From Azolla caroliniana (lineage: Eukaryota > Plantae > Polypodiophyta), in the NCBI GenBank assembly GCA_043228905.1, contig JBHGNT010000020.1:2790001-2854000 (forward strand): a stretch of DNA of 64,000 bases, written 5' to 3'. A model generated the notes under the pieces. It saw only the letters and a program-made list of their open reading frames with translations. It was not told the origin of the DNA and searched no databases. Each line of letters opens with the position of its first letter. Positions within the stretch are counted from its first letter, which is position 1. Of this stretch, positions 38,761 through 50,562 are shown one piece after another. The position numbers and the translations under genes are program-made.

Positions 38761-39427
38761 TCTCTTAGGTATTCTCTCTCTCAACCGTTGTATTGTGTCC
38801 TCTATTAGCCATGTTCTCGAGCTTTCCCTTGATGGCCACGTTCTCTCTCTCAAGGGTTCTCTGAAGTGTGGTTTTGCACACCGTGTCCTCTTCGCATCGG
38901 TTTAGGGTTTGCTAGTCATGTTCCCTCTACCTCCAAGTGTTCCCTCATACCTGGTTCCCCCTACCTGGTTCCCTCTACCCGGTGTGTTTCAATCGTGTCC
39001 CCTCTTCAAAGACTTCGACAACGACATTTGGTACTTGTTTTACACTATATTTGTATGTTTGATTCTATCTGTTTTTGTCATTTTCTATCTGTTTCTTACA
39101 TCTGCAACCATAATGATGTTTGGGAAATGTTTATCTGTATGTTTGGTTCTATCTGTTATTATCGTTGAGGGTTTTGTTGTTGTTGTTGTTGTTGTTGTTG
39201 GTCTCCCTTGATCATTTGATCATTTGAGCGCGTTGTATGTGCATATGCTTGAATTTGAGAGTCGGACAATATGTGTATATGTCAAGTATCGGGAGTTAAC
39301 GTTATGTTTCATATCCGACATCTCCTTGAATTGTATATTATTTAATATTGTTTACTATTGTTGTGCATGATTTACTGTTATTTACTATTGTTGTGCATGT
39401 GAGGCAAAGAAGAGAGACAAGATTCAC

Positions 39428-40717
39428 ATGACAAGGAAGACACCCACAAAGAAGAAAATGGTCACCGAAAATTTCATCACACCATGCAAGGAAAGAAAAA
39501 GGACCCCCATCAAAGAAAGTAAGATGACTGCCGCCAAAAGGAGGTCAGGGTTTTCAGCAACTCAGGGCAAAAAGGTTCACACAAACATCCTTCGAGGTTC
39601 AAAATTGGGATGGGGTTATTTCCTTCGTGCATGACCTGACACTTATGAAGACGTAGACATCTGGATGAAGCAAACTTGGGGCTCATCACAACCCGAGTCA
39701 CGGAGAGGTTTCCACCTCACTCAATTGAAGAAGGATTATATCACTGAACTAAAGTCACGATATGAACAAGTTTATGATACGAAACATATCCTAAACAATG
39801 AGGTAGGATCTGTCTTTGCACATGCATTTGCATATGAACTGCATGGTGGCATTGAAGTTGATTGGGAAGATTTTGCTCATCATCGATCATCACAATATAG
39901 AGGGTCCTCAAGTACCAACACTACCATGAAGTCTAAGGGTACCTCTCATATTGAAATCCCAACTCGGACATCTGTGTTGATTCAACAAATTGCAAAACAG
40001 AAAGCCACACTAACAGAAAAACATGAACAACAATTGTTGCGTTGTATAGCTTCCATGCAAACAAAAATGCAAGCATTGTTGGCTGATTTGGAAGAAGTTT
40101 CATCTAGTGTGAAGGCAGCAGAGAAACAATTCACATCTAGGTCGATTACATACGAATGGATTGCATCAACAATCTAAAATTCTGAAAGTGATGTGTTAAA
40201 AGAGGAATTGAAGGAGCTCACAAGTATGGGCATTCATCTAGAAGCACAGAAGAAAGTTCTAGAGACATGGCGGTCTTCTCGTAATGAAATTGATCAGCAG
40301 TTATCTGCCTTAAAGCTGCATTCAGAGAATCTAACATGTTTCATGAAGGGTCTAAAAGAAAAAGGTTTAGATACTCTATGTCCAGACGTAGTTGAGCACC
40401 CCGCTTGCATGGAAAGTACAAATAGAAGCATTACTATATCACGGTAATGGTTTATATTTCTCCTTTTTGACCTTCTATGGTATAAAATATCATTGGTACT
40501 AATATAGTGTATGTTGTGTCTCGTTACTGAAGGTGTTTATTCTGTGGCCTTGGATTCAAGCTTGAGTCTATGGATGCTATCATTACACCATGCTTGCACA
40601 CATATCATTTGTTATGTGCTAAGTACCATTTCGAGAAAGAAAATAAATGTTTGGACTATAAAAGTATAGTTGGAGCAGAATGGTACCTAGCTTGGGGTTT
40701 AAAAGTGCACTCCTATG
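39428..40717 (+). pseudogene. Transposon-borne spliced gene: N-terminal ...EVDW domain, coiled coil, RING-H2-like finger
   Basis: GT-AG intron 40444-40532 joins in frame to give SRCLFC...PCLHTYHLLC...KCLDY. One stop and one frameshift upstream. Confidence 0.65.
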
Positions 40718-41939
40718 GTACGCGATTAAGCATTATGCAATTTTTATACTATGATTTTATAATTTTACTTTTGGTTATATTCTTACAGTTGGATCCAGGA
40801 TCATCAGTTGATTTAGTGCAGATTATTTAGTACTAAATGTCTTAAATGTTTAGTTGTATAACTTGTATTAGTATTAACATTGTTTATTGCATTGTTGCTT
40901 TGCATGATTAAGTACTAAGAGTACTTATTCCATTGTATTACTTTGTGATCATTTGATTCAATATTGATTATTTAGTACGGAGAGTCTTAAATGTTTAGTT
41001 GTATAACTCGTATTAGTACTAATATTGGTTAATTGCATTGTACTTTTTGTGTCCACTTTACTTAGGCTTTCCATAACCGAACAAATAGGCATGTCGGTCT
41101 TGGTTGTTTAGTACTAACATTGCTCATTACCATCAGAAATATGCATGTCCAGGTGGTTCAGTACTATTCCTTTAAGATCCTAAGATGTTGATTAAGTACT
41201 AACAGTACTTTTTGAGTCCACTTGACTGAGGCTTTGCATAACCGAACAAATAGGCATGACGTTCTTTGCTTTTTAGTACTAACATTGTTCATTACCAGAT
41301 GAAATATGTGTGTCTAGGTGGCTTAGTACTAATCCTTTAAGTTCCTATGATGTTGATTAAGTACTAACATTACTTAATACGTTGTATTCCTTTTGTCACG
41401 GACACACCAAGTGCGGACTAAGACGAGGCTATGACGGAGCGATGACGGAATGACACAAGAGCATAAAGATAGAGATGAAGATTAAGGAGAGAAGATGGGC
41501 GAAACAAGAATACTAGATTGATATGTCCATGACTGGCGTTGTTCACCTTGAATTCCGTCAAGGTGAACTCAACTATTTATACTAAGTGGCATGCATACCT
41601 GTTGCACGCATGTGATACAATAGAGCATGTAGCCAATAGGTACGCATGCATGTGCCAAGTGTTAATAATACAAGGGAGAAATTATGCACATGATGCTAGC
41701 TAAAACCTACAATGAGGAAGTATATACATGATTATATGTTAGATGTGTGGTTGACACATAACACTCAATCATAACTTGGTCATGTCAAGAGTTCAAATCT
41801 TGACATTATCCCCCCTCCAACGATGCCTTCCCAAATCGTTTGTCGACTTTAGGAGATATTGTTGATGAAAATCTTAGATCACCTTAAAAGTATTTTGTAA
41901 ATCCTAGACAAGGAGTAACCCTTCCACAAGACGAGGTAT

Positions 41940-42480
41940 TTAACACCAACGGGCCTGAGCGAGCATGTGTGGTCCTCGCGTAGGACTGGAACACAAATAT
42001 CAACGGGTGTGATCGACCATGTGCGGTCCTCACGGGGAGCATGAACACCAAGGGGCATGAGTGACCATGCGGGGTCCTTGTCGGGAACTAGAACGTTCCT
42101 CGTTGAGAGTTGGAACACGAGCACCAACAGGCGTGAGCAACCATGTTGTCCTCACCGAGAAATGGAACACGAATGAGTGAGTGACCATGTGGCGCTCACC
42201 GGGAACAGGAACACAAACGGGATTAATCGACCATGTGTGGTCCTCTCCGGGAATTGGAACATGAACAACAACGAGCATGAGCGACCATGTCGGTCCTTAC
42301 CAGGATCTAGAACACGAACAATAGTTGGAGTGAGTGACCATGTCTGGTTGTCACCGAAGATTGGAACACGAACGGGAGTGAGCAACCATGCGGCCCTCAC
42401 CGGGAACTGGAACACAAACACCAACGGGAGTGAGTGGTCTTGTGCAGCCGTCACTGGCAACTGGAACATGAACACGAATG
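41940..42480. repeat. ~62-bp degenerate tandem repeat inside element X
   Basis: About nine GACCATGTG..CCTCAC..GGAAC..GAACAC units. Confidence 0.8.
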
Positions 42481-43419
42481 GGAAAGAAACAAAAAAATAG
42501 AGACAGTGATGAGGAGAAATATAAAGCCAATGAAAATGATGAGAAGAAACTAGGAGATAGAAATGGCGAGGAAGATAGGAAATGAAGCGATGTTGATGAT
42601 GGTACGATGAAGATGATAACTCCAGAAGCAAGGGCGATGACGGAGACGGGTGATGCTTCTAGTTGGAAGGTGAACAAACTGTCACGGACACACCAAGTGC
42701 AGACTAAGACGGAGCACGGATGATGAGGCTATGACGGAGCGATGACGGAATGACACAAGAGCATAAAGATAGAGATGAAGATTAAGGAGAGAAGATGGGC
42801 GAAACAAGAATACTAGATTGATATGTCCATGACTGGCGTTGTTCACCTTGAATTCCTTCAAGGTGAACTCAACTATTTATACTAAGTGGCATGCATACCT
42901 GTTGCACGCATGTGATACAATAGAGCATGTAGCCAATAGGTACGCATGCATGTGCCAAGTGTTAATAATACAAGGGAGAAATTATGCACATGATGCTAGC
43001 TAAAACCTGCAATGAGGAAGTATATACATGTTGTCTGCCTGGCCGGACTAGCCTCAACACAGGTGTCTATCCGACACTTCTTCAAAGGGGTGGTAAGGAT
43101 TGGATGCTAGGTTACACGCGTAAGATGATTACAATTAAGCACAGACGGTAAACAATACGAGATACAGATAAACACGCAATAATTACTATTGTATTAATTC
43201 CGTCAAACCCTTTACAAATCATCGGATCCTTTTATAGGCATCCGGCAAGGTTACAATCGGTGCGCTTAGGCAACCGACATCCGAATCGGTCCGGATCCGG
43301 ATCGGTACAACTGTACCGGATCCGTCCCTCCGAATAATAATTCTACTATTATTTACTTCCTATTATCCGATCCGACTCCGCCTTCCCACTTGTCCTTGCT
43401 CTTCTGACCGGCCAACACA

Positions 43420-43435
43420 TGGCACGCCCGTGGGA
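43420..43435 (-). promoter_or_regulatory. tRNA-Arg 3'-end-like sequence occupying the PPT position of G2
   Basis: Element sense reads TCCCACGGGCGTGCCA-TG-[LTR]. No purine tract. Confidence 0.6.
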
Positions 43436-43467
43436 AAGTGCCTTGCACTTCGAATCCACTCCCGGCC

Positions 43468-46400
43468 TCATTCTTCCTCCAAAATATCGAGCACACTCTG
43501 CTCGATGGTGTCAAGTGGTGCTTCTTCCTCCTGTTCCTGTTCCTTGCCTGCCTGGTCTCCGACCTCCGGTTGGGTGGGCTGTTCCGTAAAAATTTGCTGC
43601 TCCGGCTCTACTTGATTTCGTGGTGCCGGTGCTTCCTCACCGCTTCGTCCGGGTTCTTCCTGTTCTCCCTCTGTTCCAGGCTCTGTTCTGTTACCAGTGT
43701 CGCTTTCTCCGGTCTCGACTGGTTGGCTCGGTACGCCTTCTTCCTCTGCTCTGGTGTCTTCCGGTCTCAACTCTTCTTCTTCTCCGGCATCGGGCTGCTC
43801 CTGCTCTTCTTCTTCTCCTTCGATCGGAAGTTCTTCTTCGGGTATTCCTTGTCGGGGTTGTTCGGTGTCGGTTGGTTCAACTTCAACCGGTCGCTCTCCC
43901 TCACTTATCGTGATTGGTGTCGTTCTTCCCTTAGCTTCCTGTCGTAACCGGTCCTGCTCGTATCTCTCCAACTCCAACTGAGTTGCGAGCTGCCCGTCAT
44001 CCAACCTCTCTACCAACCCTCAGATTTCTTTGAGGTGTTCTTCTGCTAAAGTGTAGAAATCCTCCGACAATTCTTCCCGAATGGCGACGATACTTTCTTC
44101 ATCCATCTTGTAGAACTTGTCACCGGTCTTCCTCCGATTCTCGGCAACCGCTCGGAGTGTCTGCAGCTCGGCTGCCTGTTGTGACCACTCCTTCCATAGC
44201 TTTTCCGTACTTTCGTTGATGCTTGCTTGAGCTCGGGTACTCCATCCTGACATGATGAGCTTGATCCGGTCAACCCCCGCCTTAGCATGCGCATAAGCTT
44301 CTTGCTTTTCCTTCCTTGCCCGTTTTATAATGTCGGCCATTATCTGAGCCTGGGCCTCGTAATCCGCTTTCTGCTTTTCATAGGTACTTTGCAGTTTGCT
44401 GATCGTGAAGGTCGATTTTTCCTTTTCTTCATTCCTGATCTTGGTCAGATCCAGCTTTTCCCGCCTTAGCGCCTCTAATTCCTTCCTTCTCTCCGTCGCT
44501 TGGGCTATTTCCGCCGACAATGCTTCCTTGTTGGCACTGACCTCATCCATTGCCTTAGCCAGGTCTAATCGGGTCTCTTTGAGCTGTTCTTTCAGCTTCT
44601 CTATTTGCCGGTCGTAGTCTGCTGCCCGTTTCTTGTTGTCCGACTCGGCCTGCTTGTGATCTCGGTAGAGACGGTCGAAGTCCTCCGTCTTCTGCTTCAG
44701 GCGTCGGTTTGCCTGAGCTCTTAACCGATCGTCCCGGTCCTTCTGTTGTCGGAGTTCTTCCTGCAGTCGTTCTATCTCCTGCTCGGCATGTCGACGTAGT
44801 CGGTCCTTCTCCTTTTGCAGCTTCTCTTTTTCTTCTTGTAGTCGGTCATTAACGGCTCGACCTTTCCGGAGGCCTTCTTCCATTTTTCGTCTGTCATCCT
44901 CCACCGCTTTCCGCTGCTCCCTTTCTCTTTCCCTTAATGCCTCCTGAGCTTTTAACTCCTCTCGTAAGGTTTCTATTATTTTTTCGGTCTCAGGGCCGGT
45001 TTGCAAGGCTACCGGTTCCGGTTCCGGTTCCGGTTGTTTCCTTGTTGTCCCGACCGGCTCGGTGACAACTTGTGCTTGTTGAATTCCTTCCCTTGCCTGC
45101 AACAGCTCCCCTTGCATTTCCTCGATTTGTGTTCGGAGCGCGACCAACTCCTGAGTTGTTGTATGCGTCAGCTGTTGCCTACACGTTTCTTCTTTCTCTA
45201 ACTGGTCCGCTACTCCCGATAACTGCTCTGAAAGCCATCTCAGCCATTGTGGCTTTGTTCTTCCTGTGTCGGGGTGGCCTTGCTTACTTAACTCAGGCTG
45301 TTTTTTCGGCCTTTTCTCTGGCTCCGGCGCTTGTTCATTCTTCTTCTCTGGGATGACCGGTTCTCTGAAGTCCGGCACAACTGGTGTCGGTGCTGCTTCC
45401 CTCGGTACGGGTTCCGGTGTTGTTTCCACCTCGGCTACTGGAGGTGGTCCTTGCGCCCTCTGCTGAGTTTTGTCAACTGGTGGAGCCGGTCCTTTCGCCC
45501 GTTTCTCCCGACCTTGTCTTGCTGGGAGTCTTACCAGTGGTTCGGATGAGTCTTCTGTTTCAACTTCCTCCTCTGGTGCGGTTACCAGACGAACCTTTTG
45601 TATAAAATCCTCTGGTTCCGGTTCCGGCCGTCGCAGCGTTATATGGATTGGTTTGCGCGCTACCGGTTCCTCCTCGGCCGATTTCCCTTTGCCTTTACCT
45701 ACCGGTTTTGCCTTTGTTGCCGGTTCCTGTTGCTGTCGGGATGGTCCTTCCCCCCGCTGTTCTGCTTCTTGTTGGGTCCATCCGGGGGTGTGTTTCTCCA
45801 AGATCTGTCGGCGCTTTGTGACCTTTTTCGGCGTCGTCTCCTGCCGACCTCTTTTCTTTTGTGTGATGGGGAGCACCGGTGGGACTAACACCATTAGCCA
45901 TTGTGCTATCCCGGCCCATGGCTTCTTTCCTTCCACAAGATTTTTGATGGCCTCCTTCAATCCTTCGGTTATGAAATGGAGCCAGTCTATTTGTAAGCCT
46001 TCGTACGCTGCTATTAAGAACGCTGCCCGGTACTTGGCTATGGCCGGGGGACGGGGATTCACGAATCGTATTCCATCATGGCGTGGGCCACTTCTCCGAA
46101 CAGCAGGTTCTCTCCGCCCTGCGTTCGGTACGCCTTGCTGCTGATAGAGTACTCACCGAAATATTCGAACAGGATTTCACTTGAAGGGTTTTCGATTGTT
46201 TGAAGTCCTCCTGCTTTTATCCCCGTGAGCGCCTGCACCGCTCCTTCCGTGACTTCTGATATATCGATCGATGCTGCCGCCTGCTCTGGTTCTGCGTGTG
46301 GTGGAGCATCGGCGATCCGCAACAATCCTTTTAACCCGTTCTCCCTCATCCATTGGCGTGCCTCTTCCGACAGTACCATTGTTTCAAATTCTTCTTCTAC

Positions 46401-46580
46401 TGCCTGTTGTTCGGGATCGGGCTGTGTGTGCTCTGTGCGTCGGATCGCTCTTCTGTGCTTTTGCGCCTGTATGTAGGAAAATTCGTAAAAAGTGAGTCCT
46501 TCGCAGGCCTGTGTCTTATATAGTGGCTTTTGCCTCGAGCCGCCCTTTTTCGTTTCCCGCGGATGTTCCTCTCCCGCCAT
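43468..46580 (-). pseudogene. G2 extra ORF downstream of pol (~1000 aa; ...QIDW domain, long coiled coil, acidic tail)
   Basis: ORFs 46059-46643, 44020-46062 and 43468-44016 are linked by one frameshift and one stop. Same strand as pol. Confidence 0.75.
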
Positions 46581-46795
46581 AATTAGTATGTCCTTTCTTG
46601 TTTGCCGCGTGTGAGTGCCCACGTTCCATGCTTTAAATAGCAAGTACGCGCACGTCCTTCTTTAATGCATGGCGAATCTTCGTTGTATGGTGGCGCTCCC
46701 ACCTCTTGTGATCTCCCCATCATTACTATGATGTGCGTCGATTTTGCCCACGTCTTCTTTTTTTCTTTTTTTCTTTTTTCTTTGTTTGGACCACG

Positions 46796-49700
46796 TCATT
46801 TGCTGGTCCCCCCCGATTTGTTCGGGTCGGTTCGTGTGGATACCGGATCCTTCTGTCGGTTTTCCGGGATAGTCTTTGTCAATATCGGTGTCGGTTCTTC
46901 CTCGGTCCGAATATCTTCAACAGCGTCTGTCGGTGTCGGTTCTTCATCTTGCCGGATTTCCGGGTTTTGCTTGAACGGGTTTGCTGGCATATTTCCCTTA
47001 TACGGATTTAGCCGAAACCCATTTGCCCACTTGCCGATGACATCTCCAGACAACGTGCCGAGCTGATACGACCCATTGTACTCCTTGGTGATCCAGAACG
47101 GTCCGGTCCATCGAAACCGCAACTTTCCCGGCATGTTCCCCATCCGTGTCTGGAATAGTAGCACCGGTTTCCCGACTTCGAACTCCTTTTCATTGCCACG
47201 CCGGTGTCGGTCCACGAAAGCTTTTCTCCTCGTTTGCTCCAGTTCGAGTTGTAGTAAGCTGGCTATTCGGTTTTCTTCTAATTCCAACAACGTCGCCAGC
47301 CGGATTCGTTCGGACTCGTTCTCACTTAAGCGCTCCTTCACCTGAATCCGTAAGCTGGGGATCTGGAACTCTACCGGCATGACCGCTTCTAACCCGAATG
47401 CTAGTCGGAACGGGGTTGTCCGGATGCTGGTTTTGTACGTTGTTCGGTACGCCCATAGCGCGCTTTGCAATTTCGTATCCCAGTCGGTTCGGTTCTCGTT
47501 GACGATTTTTCGTAGGATGTTCTGCAGAGTTTTGTTCGTTGATTCCGCTAGTCCATTGGCTTGAGGGTAGTAGGGTGTACTCTTTTTATGTACCACCGCG
47601 TAAAATGACGTTAGGCTTTCTACTACCTGCCCGAGAAAATGCCCTCCTTGGTCACTTATAAGCTCGATCGGGCAACCATACCGGCACCATATGCACTCGT
47701 ACAGGAACTTTGCCGTGGACGCGGCCGTGTTGTCCCGTAAGGCCTTTGCTTCTACCCATTTGGTGCAATAGTCGGTTGCCACTATGACATACCGATTTCC
47801 GGTTCGCATTGCCGGTGGCTTGAAGGGACCGACAAAGTCCAAACCCCACTTTTGAAACGGTTCCAAGGGCAAGACCGGGTGGTGTGGCATCCGGGCCTGC
47901 TCTGTGGGCTGGCCCAGTCGTTGACACAAATCGCATTCTCTGCTATACTTCACGGCATCTTTTAGGGTGGTGGGCCACCACAGTCCGCTTTGCCATATTT
48001 TTCGAGCGGTTGTATCGCCGGCATAATGCCCACCGGCAATTCCACAGTGGGCTTCCCTGAGGATTAAATCCTTCTCATCGCTTCGCACTACTCGTCTCCA
48101 GATGCCATCTGCCCCCTTGTGATAGAGGGTGTCTCCAACCAAGCAGAAATGTCTACTTCTTACTGCTACCCTTTTCCTTTCATCGCGGTCCATGTTCTCC
48201 GGGGGAACTCCGGTGCTCAGGAACTGATGCATCTCAGTTAGCCATGTGTCTTCATCGGCTACCGTTGTATCCGTTGCCGGTTTCGTCGTGATCCGGAACA
48301 ATTCGGCATCGGGAAACTCATCCTGGACGCCGTCCCCTGCTTCTCCGGATTCGAGTCTGCTTAGGTAGTCCGCTACCACATGCTGCGCCCCGGGTCGGTG
48401 GAAAATGTCGAATTCAAATTCCTGTAGCAGCAGTGTCCACCGTGCAATTTTCCCCATCAAGGATGCCTTCGAGACCAGGTAGAGTAGTGCCGAATGGTCG
48501 ACATGGAAGGAAAACTTCCTTCCGAGCAGATAGTGCCTGTACTATGTGACACTATACACCATTCCCAATGCCTCGCGTTCCGTCGTAGAGTAATTCCGTT
48601 CGGCTTTTGAGAGTTTCCGGCTTGCGTAGTACACCGGTCGGTACCATTTCGGCTCCGTGAGTTGCATCAGAACGCTGCGGATTGCACGTCCGACGCGTCG
48701 ACAAAGACGTGAAAGCTTTTACTCCAATCCGGCGGTTGCACCACCGGAGCTTGCGACAGCATAACCTTCAACGCTTGGTAGGCTTCCTCCTCCGTCTCCG
48801 CCCATAGGAAGGGTACCCTATGTATAGCGGTATGTAACGGTGTAGCGAAGTCTACGAGGTGCCGTATCATCCGGCTATGCCACCTTATTTGGCCCAGGAA
48901 CCGGCTTAAAGCCTTTGCGTTATTTGGTGCTGGTGCCTCGAGAATCGCCTTGACTTTATCCGGATCTACCGCGATTCCTTCCTTACTCACCACGTGCCCT
49001 AGTAAGTTGCCGCTTGCCACTCCAAAGACGCACTTGGCCGGGTTCAGGCTTAATCGGTACTCGCGGCACTTCTCCAAGCACAGCCGGAGTTGATCGAGAT
49101 GCTCTCCGTGCCGGCTGTAGACCGCGAAATCGTCAAGGAAGACCTGCATAAAACCGGGGATATATTCCCCGAAAATTTCCATTATTATCCTTTGAAAGGT
49201 CGCTGGAGCCGTCTTTAGTCCGAACATCATCACGACCGCGACGAACACTCCCCATTCCGTCACGAACACTGTCTTCTCCTGGTCGGCCGGGTTCATTCGT
49301 ATTTGGTTGTAGCCGCTAAATCCATCCAGGAAGCTGTAAACTTCGTGGCCGGCTACCGCATCTAACACCCCGTCCGTAAATGGTAGTGGAAACGCATCGG
49401 TCACTGTTGCGGCATTTAGTTTTCGGTAGTCCACGCATACCCGGATTTTGCCGTTCTTTTTCGGGACCACCACTATCGGACTCAGCCAGGTTGCCTGCTT
49501 GACCGGTCGGATAAATCCGACCCGGAGGAGCTTATCAATTTCCTCCTTCACCTTTGCCGCATAATTCGGATTCATCCGGTACCTGCGTTGAGCGATCGGT
49601 TTCGCGTCCGTACTTAGGTGAATTTGGTGCTGATAGAGCTGGGGGTCCAGCCCTCGCATGTCTTCGTACGACCACGCGAACACATCCTTGAAGTCTGTTA

Positions 49701-50553
49701 ATAATGCTACCATTGCCTTCTTTTCTTCCTTCGGCAATTCCTTTGCAACATTTACCGGTCGGGGCTTGTCTGCTGTGCCGAGGTCCACCTCCTCGAGTTG
49801 GGATGCTTTTACCCTCTGGGATATCGTCATTTCTCTCTCTAGGGATTCCTGCGCTTGTCGCAGTTCCCGGATCGCCGCTTGGTCCGGTTCATCCGGCGTC
49901 GTAATGTACGGTTCTACTGCCGCCGTGATATCCACCTCAAATAGTGGGACGATCCGTGGGTGTTCCTCGAGGTACCGCTCAACTTCCTCGTCCGGTAATC
50001 CCTCCAACATGTTAATGCTTTCCGCATACAATGGAGTTGCTTCCTTACTGGTGATCACCCGTGGTTGCGTCGTTACTCGTACCTTTGTTTTCCCTCGCCG
50101 GAATGTGATCATGTTCTTTTGCCAACTCTGCTTGATATGCGCCGTTCGCAGCCATGGTCGTCCTAGCAGTAGGGGGTACGCGCCTTGTACATTCAGCTGC
50201 AGCACCACGACCGATATCCGGAATACGTGGCCTCCGATCGTTACTTCCAAATCCCGGATAAGCCCGGTCGGTTGGACTGAGCTGGTATCTGCCATGCGTA
50301 ACCAGAAGGGGCATGGTTCCCATTCCCGGATGCCCAGGTCGTTGCATGTCTGTTGGCTGATGACATTTAACCCGGAGCCTCCGTCAATAATCGTTCCAGC
50401 AATTTCCTTTCCTTTCACGATTGCCGTGATCGTCGGGCTACTTGTATCGACCACCGCTAGTCCTTCCTCCGGGTTGGAGAAGAATGCCGGTGCTGGCGTC
50501 GGCTTCGGTTTGCTCACGGATGCCTGTAAGTCTGCCGTAAACCGTGGCACCAA
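46796..50553 (-). pseudogene. G2 Pol: protease, RT, RNase H, integrase
   Basis: IIDGGSGLN, FLDGFSGYNQI, VFLDDF, FVDASD, WGLDFVGP, ISDQGGHF, PQANGLAE, WTGPF. Frameshift in RNase H. Confidence 0.95.
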
Positions 50554-50562
50554 CTGTAGTAG

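Noticed and set aside
38285-39211. 206-aa and 100-aa ORFs near the left TIR
   Set aside because: They run through tandem repeats and (GTT)n; probably UTR or intron.
43468-46580. Retroviral env gene
   Set aside because: No signal peptide or transmembrane stretch; the sequence is highly charged coiled coil.
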